A DNA stretch of 63,976 bases, counting the filler, from a bacterium (GTDB lineage Bacteria; JALSQH01): assembly GCA_027004335.1 (NCBI GenBank). It is 9 parts of 9 records of this genome, joined end to end, with 100 filler letters (N's around TTAATTAATTAA, not from the genome) between each part and the next. Parts side by side here need not be neighbours in the genome. Positions count along the whole stretch, not along the records: positions 59,905 to 63,976 come from JALTID010000082.1; 8 more parts are not named here. The stretch is one strand, 5' to 3'. Position numbers and translations under genes: made by a program. Shown in pieces: positions 59,905 through 63,976 of this stretch. Position 1 is the stretch's first letter; each line of letters starts with the position of its first letter. Below the pieces are notes generated by a model. It saw only the letters and a program-made list of their open reading frames with translations, had not been told where the DNA came from and searched no databases.

Positions 59905-60410
59905 CTCATTGCTTTGGAAATCTCTTCATCCCTGTATTTTCTCGTATCAAAAATTATAGCTTCGAAATCAAGGAGATATTTCTTCAATTCATCTGAAACA
60001 TCATAGTAATCTGAAAATCGTGAGGGTAAATTAAATGATCTCCTTCCATGATAAAAGATTACTGGTATAATCGGTCGTGGATTTATCCTCTTTCTCAGGT
60101 CCTGTTCCCATACTGCAAGACAGTAGCTTAGAATCTGTATCAAAGTAAATTTGTCTCGATAAGATTTGTGTTCAAAGACGAGATAGATTTCAATATCCCT
60201 GTTTTTTAGATTACAACTCACTGAGATATCCAGATAATACCGTTTGTATTTCTTATCAATTTTCTCTGTGTCAATTATTTTCAGATTCTCAAGATCCAGA
60301 TTCTTCACAATTTCTATTGGCAGGAAAGCTTTTATGAAATCCCTTACATTTTGAGGGTTGCTCATTAGATGCTTAAAGAAAGAATCATGTGGATGTTTTA
60401 GGTCAAACAT
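59905..60410 (-). CDS. Rpn family (Transposase_31/YhgA-like) PD-(D/E)XK nuclease (3' truncated)
   Basis: HD.FFK, LD....., Y..FEHKS, P.IFYHG. Confidence 0.85.
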
Positions 60411-60530
60411 AGGATCTACCTTTTTGGGAAAGTTTATGGACTATTGGAAAGATTGCAACAAAATCAGACCCAGAAGCCCCTATGAATGAACGCGGCCACA
60501 TATTCATCACCGCTGTGTCTCCCGTGACTC

Positions 60531-61043
60531 TCAGTGTTGCAGTGTTAATTTTAAACCCTTGGTCGTGGTGGATACATCCTGGCAATATACCATACACCAC
60601 TGGTCATTCCAGGTTCCCTGCATGAGATCTGATGTAAATGTGAAAATTCCCAGCACCTTGCTTTCAGAATTCATGACTGTGAGCTGAGTAGAGGCAATAT
60701 CGCCGTGAAGATACATAGGTGAAACATCAGGTGTGTATCCTGTTGATGAATCACAGGCTGAATTCACCACTGTAAAATTTGAACCTGCATAGGTCAGGGT
60801 AATATCAACAGTATAGTCGCCTGTTTCTTTTATATCCATTGTTACCATTCTATCCTGATTTGCTACCAGAGAAAGGTTGTCAGTACAGAAATCTGTTTTT
60901 ATGTAGAACATAACATGACTTGATGTCTTCCATCTACCTTCTATTTTTCTTGCTGGAGTTAATTGGGTTTTTGAACCACATCCCGCTATCAGAATAAACA
61001 GGGCAACCATTCCTGCTGCCATGATTTTTTGGATTTTTTTCAT
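60531..61043 (-). CDS. Hypothetical lipoprotein
   Basis: Lipobox IAGC, GGGAGG RBS, four additional Cys, beta-rich. Confidence 0.65.
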   Translation of the reverse strand: MKKIQKIMAAGMVALFILIAGCGSKTQLTPARKIEGRWKTSSHVMFYIKTDFCTDNLSLVANQDRMVTMDIKETGDYTVDITLTYAGSNFTVVNSACDSSTGYTPDVSPMYLHGDIASTQLTVMNSESKVLGIFTFTSDLMQGTWNDQWCMVYCQDVSTTTKGLKLTLQH

Positions 61044-61102
61044 AAGAATCCCTCCCCTTTTTATAGTCATAGAANNNNNNNNNNAAAAACAGGAGTTCAA
61101 AA

Positions 61103-63913
61103 ATGAAGAAACTCATCTTCTTGCTATTTGTTACACTTGTTTTCACAGCCTGTGCCACTTCAGAAAAAGGTGAAGCTAAAAAAATTAAGAAAAATCTTCC
61201 TATATTGCAGGGAAAAGTAACGGTTTACTATGATCACTACATGATTCCACACATATATGGAGATCACCTTGATGATGTGATAAAAGTTCAGGGGTATATC
61301 TCAGCCCGGGAGAGGTTGTTCATCATGGATATATTCAGAAGAGTTGCTCTGGGAGAAACTTCCACCCTTCTCGGCAATTTTGCCGGAATAACTGTTTCTC
61401 TGGATGCTTTTATAAAAGCTCTCTTTACCGCACCCAATGGAGAAAAGGTTTATGATCTCGTGGAAAAAGAGATGGAAAACAGCTCGGATCCTGATGATGA
61501 GATGACCCTGAGACTTTTTAAGGACTTTGTGGATGGAATTAATTACTATCTCAAGGAGTTAAAAAAAGGTAAAAATCTTTACTTCCCTCCTGAGTATCAG
61601 CTATTTGAAGTAAAACCTGAGGATATCCCCTACTGGAAGGTGAGAGATATTTTAGCTGTGGCAAGATTGTTTACCTTTACTCTCTCGGAAACTTTTGATG
61701 TAGATATAACCAATACCCTCTGGTATTACAAATTAAAAGATGTGAATCCCGGTTTAATGTTATCTTTGCTTGATCCAAGACCAGTGGGAAAAGCTTTAAC
61801 TCTTCCATATTTTCTCCAGGATCACTGGCAGACTCCTCCGGCGCCTTTTGTTACTTCATCATTTACAAATTATTCCACCCCTGATATTCCACGAGTAAAT
61901 TCCCTTAGTGGACTTTCATCCCTGCTAGTGCTTTTTAAGAATATGAGGGATACTTGGCTCGGTATTTTAAAAGACAGTGGCAGTAACAATTTTGTTGTTT
62001 CAGGTAAGAGGAGTAAGACAGGATACGCCTATCTTGCCAATGATCCTCACCTTTTCCTTATGACCCCTCCCATTTTTTATGAGTTTCATCTTATGTGGAA
62101 AGACAACGGTGGAGGTAATGTGGCAGGTGTGACCTTCTCTGGAACTCCGGGGGTAATTGTGGGACATAATGAAAAAATTGCCTGGGGCGTTACAGTAGTA
62201 GGTTATGATGTTTCTGATGTTTATGCTGAGAAGATTACCCGTACCTCTTCCGGTGATTTTGCCTGCTATGATGCGAATAAGGACCATATCTGCTCAGTAA
62301 GTGAATACACCGTGCCAGTGAGTTACTTCACAGATGCTGTCACAATTAGAAATTATCCCGGTAGCGGATTTTACAAGATTCCAGTTAAGATACCCTACAT
62401 CGCAAAACATGGGCCAGTGCTTTTCATTAATAATCTTCCCTCTGTGATGAGTTTGTTTGTGAGCGTGCCTTCGGGTAACCTTGGCGGAGTTGAAGCTGTT
62501 TCACTGAAGTGGACTGGATTGCAGCCCTCCAACGAGGCAGAGACATTCTTTTTACTTGACAAAGCACAGAATTCTGATGATTTTAAACATGCAGTTAGCT
62601 ATTTTGAGGTGGGAGCTCAGAATTTCGTTTACGCTGATGTTAAAGGAGATATCGGATATTACCCCCATGCCTATGTTCCCATTAGGCCGAGGGGTTGTAT
62701 ACCCTGGTTAATAATGGATGGAACAGGCTGGTGTGAATGGCAGGGGAAGATCCCCGATGAAGAACTTCCCCAGGTTACCTCGCCAGATGATGTGGCAAAG
62801 TATGAGGATAGAGGTTTTATAGCTACTGCAAATAATGACCAGATTGGAGAAACAACTTCATGGAGCTACAACTCTCTTGCTGCCTATCTGGCAAACCCGC
62901 AGAGTTATCCTTTTAAATACTATTTGTATAGCACCAGAGATATTGGTTTCAGAGAAACAAGGATAACTCAACTTCTTGAAGAAGGGATAAAGAATAATGA
63001 GGTTGACCTGGATTACATGAAGAGAGTTCAGGGAGATAATTATTCTCTGTATGGTAGTTATTTCCTTCCTCTGCTTTTAACAAAGGTCAATAGCCAGGAG
63101 GGGAAGAAACTTATAAATTCACTTCCAGCTGATACTAGAAAGATGGTAGAATCAGCACTTAAAGTTTTAAAAAACTGGGATTATGCTACCCCCACAGGTA
63201 CAGGTGATCCCTTTGGTGGTAAAGGGGAAATAACAGATGTTATAAAATCTGAAAGTGTTGGTGCTGCACTTTACCATGTCTGGGTGAAAAAATTTCTCCG
63301 GGATACTATTTCCGATGAATGTAGGTACTATGATATTCCATGCCCTGGGATTGAGAGGGAATCAAAAACCATATATTACCTCCTAACTGAAACTTCTCCC
63401 TCAGAGAACCCAACAATTGATCCTCAAACGGGGGATAGTAAAATTTTTGATGATCTATACACCTCTGGTGTAGCGGAAACACCCGTGGACATAGCGGTAA
63501 GGGCACTTGTGGAGACAGTCACTTTTCTTGCGGGGAAAACCTCCTCAACAGATGTGATGAATTTTAGATGGGGCATTATCCATCAGGCGATTTTTCTCAA
63601 TCCATTTATTTTTAAAACAAGAGGTCCATATCCCAACGACGGTGGTGATTTTACCGTCGATGTGGCAGGTTCAGGAACCAGCGGTGATAACTTCACCCAG
63701 GTTCATGGACCTGCAATGAGATTTGTGGTAGAATTAAAACCTGATAAAATAACAGCCACTAATGTACTCCCCGGTTTTAATCAGGGTTATTTTGAAAATA
63801 ACGAAAAGTATGATCAGATGCCCCTCTGGCTCCATAATAAGTACAGACCCATGCCCTTCTATCTCAATGAAGTAAGAAGTAGCGCGGTGCAGGTAGTTAA
63901 TTTTATAAAATGA
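61103..63913 (+). CDS. Penicillin acylase family (Ntn hydrolase S45) lipoprotein
   Basis: Lipobox FTAC, D...IPHIY, RLF.MD..RR, GSNNF nucleophile, LANDPHL, GHNE.IAWG.T, QNFVYAD, ATANN. Confidence 0.92.
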   Translation: MKKLIFLLFVTLVFTACATSEKGEAKKIKKNLPILQGKVTVYYDHYMIPHIYGDHLDDVIKVQGYISARERLFIMDIFRRVALGETSTLLGNFAGITVSLDAFIKALFTAPNGEKVYDLVEKEMENSSDPDDEMTLRLFKDFVDGINYYLKELKKGKNLYFPPEYQLFEVKPEDIPYWKVRDILAVARLFTFTLSETFDVDITNTLWYYKLKDVNPGLMLSLLDPRPVGKALTLPYFLQDHWQTPPAPFVTSSFTNYSTPDIPRVNSLSGLSSLLVLFKNMRDTWLGILKDSGSNNFVVSGKRSKTGYAYLANDPHLFLMTPPIFYEFHLMWKDNGGGNVAGVTFSGTPGVIVGHNEKIAWGVTVVGYDVSDVYAEKITRTSSGDFACYDANKDHICSVSEYTVPVSYFTDAVTIRNYPGSGFYKIPVKIPYIAKHGPVLFINNLPSVMSLFVSVPSGNLGGVEAVSLKWTGLQPSNEAETFFLLDKAQNSDDFKHAVSYFEVGAQNFVYADVKGDIGYYPHAYVPIRPRGCIPWLIMDGTGWCEWQGKIPDEELPQVTSPDDVAKYEDRGFIATANNDQIGETTSWSYNSLAAYLANPQSYPFKYYLYSTRDIGFRETRITQLLEEGIKNNEVDLDYMKRVQGDNYSLYGSYFLPLLLTKVNSQEGKKLINSLPADTRKMVESALKVLKNWDYATPTGTGDPFGGKGEITDVIKSESVGAALYHVWVKKFLRDTISDECRYYDIPCPGIERESKTIYYLLTETSPSENPTIDPQTGDSKIFDDLYTSGVAETPVDIAVRALVETVTFLAGKTSSTDVMNFRWGIIHQAIFLNPFIFKTRGPYPNDGGDFTVDVAGSGTSGDNFTQVHGPAMRFVVELKPDKITATNVLPGFNQGYFENNEKYDQMPLWLHNKYRPMPFYLNEVRSSAVQVVNFIK

Positions 63914-63976
63914 TTTGATGAAAAGATTAAATAATTTTTGATGAAATGCTCAAAAAATCTTCCGTCTGAATAGTGT

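Noticed and set aside
59905-60410. IS element or transposase call for the Rpn gene
   Set aside because: No terminal inverted repeats or target duplication seen, and the family are nucleases without demonstrated transposition.

Overview
This window is not one continuous locus. It is nine contig pieces of a draft/MAG-type assembly, joined by eight artificial 100-bp spacers (N44-TTAATTAATTAA-N44), plus four 10-N scaffold gaps, so gene order is only meaningful within a piece. The DNA is AT-rich (roughly 35-40% GC by eye). Gene content points to a diderm, probably anaerobic bacterium (LpxH-like, TonB receptor, MlaE, IorAB, COG1149/NifX proteins); a deltaproteobacteria-like lineage is an inference. 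Most genes are housekeeping: mrcA-moaA, plsY, tatD, engB, rpmE-prfA-prmC-murA-hisG-hisD, mrdA-rodA, trxA, iorAB-paaK-ACT, ribF-aroE-lpxH-moaC-hinT, umuDC, and one tRNA-Val(CAC). No rRNA, CRISPR array, prophage or complete IS element is visible. I cannot demonstrate a wholly new system. The best leads are: (1) a UmuD with both catalytic residues replaced (Ser->Glu, Lys->Arg) and a shortened N-terminal arm, coupled to an intact UmuC; (2) an 8-gene MerR-MFS-NifX x2-COG1149 x2-DUF59-ferredoxin operon with a Fur-like 7-1-7 box, whose MerR gene has an in-frame TGA in the HTH; (3) a tRNA-Val with two acceptor-stem mismatches; (4) a GC-rich structured ~100-nt leader upstream of a porin-like gene; (5) repeated leaderless-type promoters; (6) a stand-alone groES with a CIRCE-like site. 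All calls come from motif recognition by eye, with no database search.
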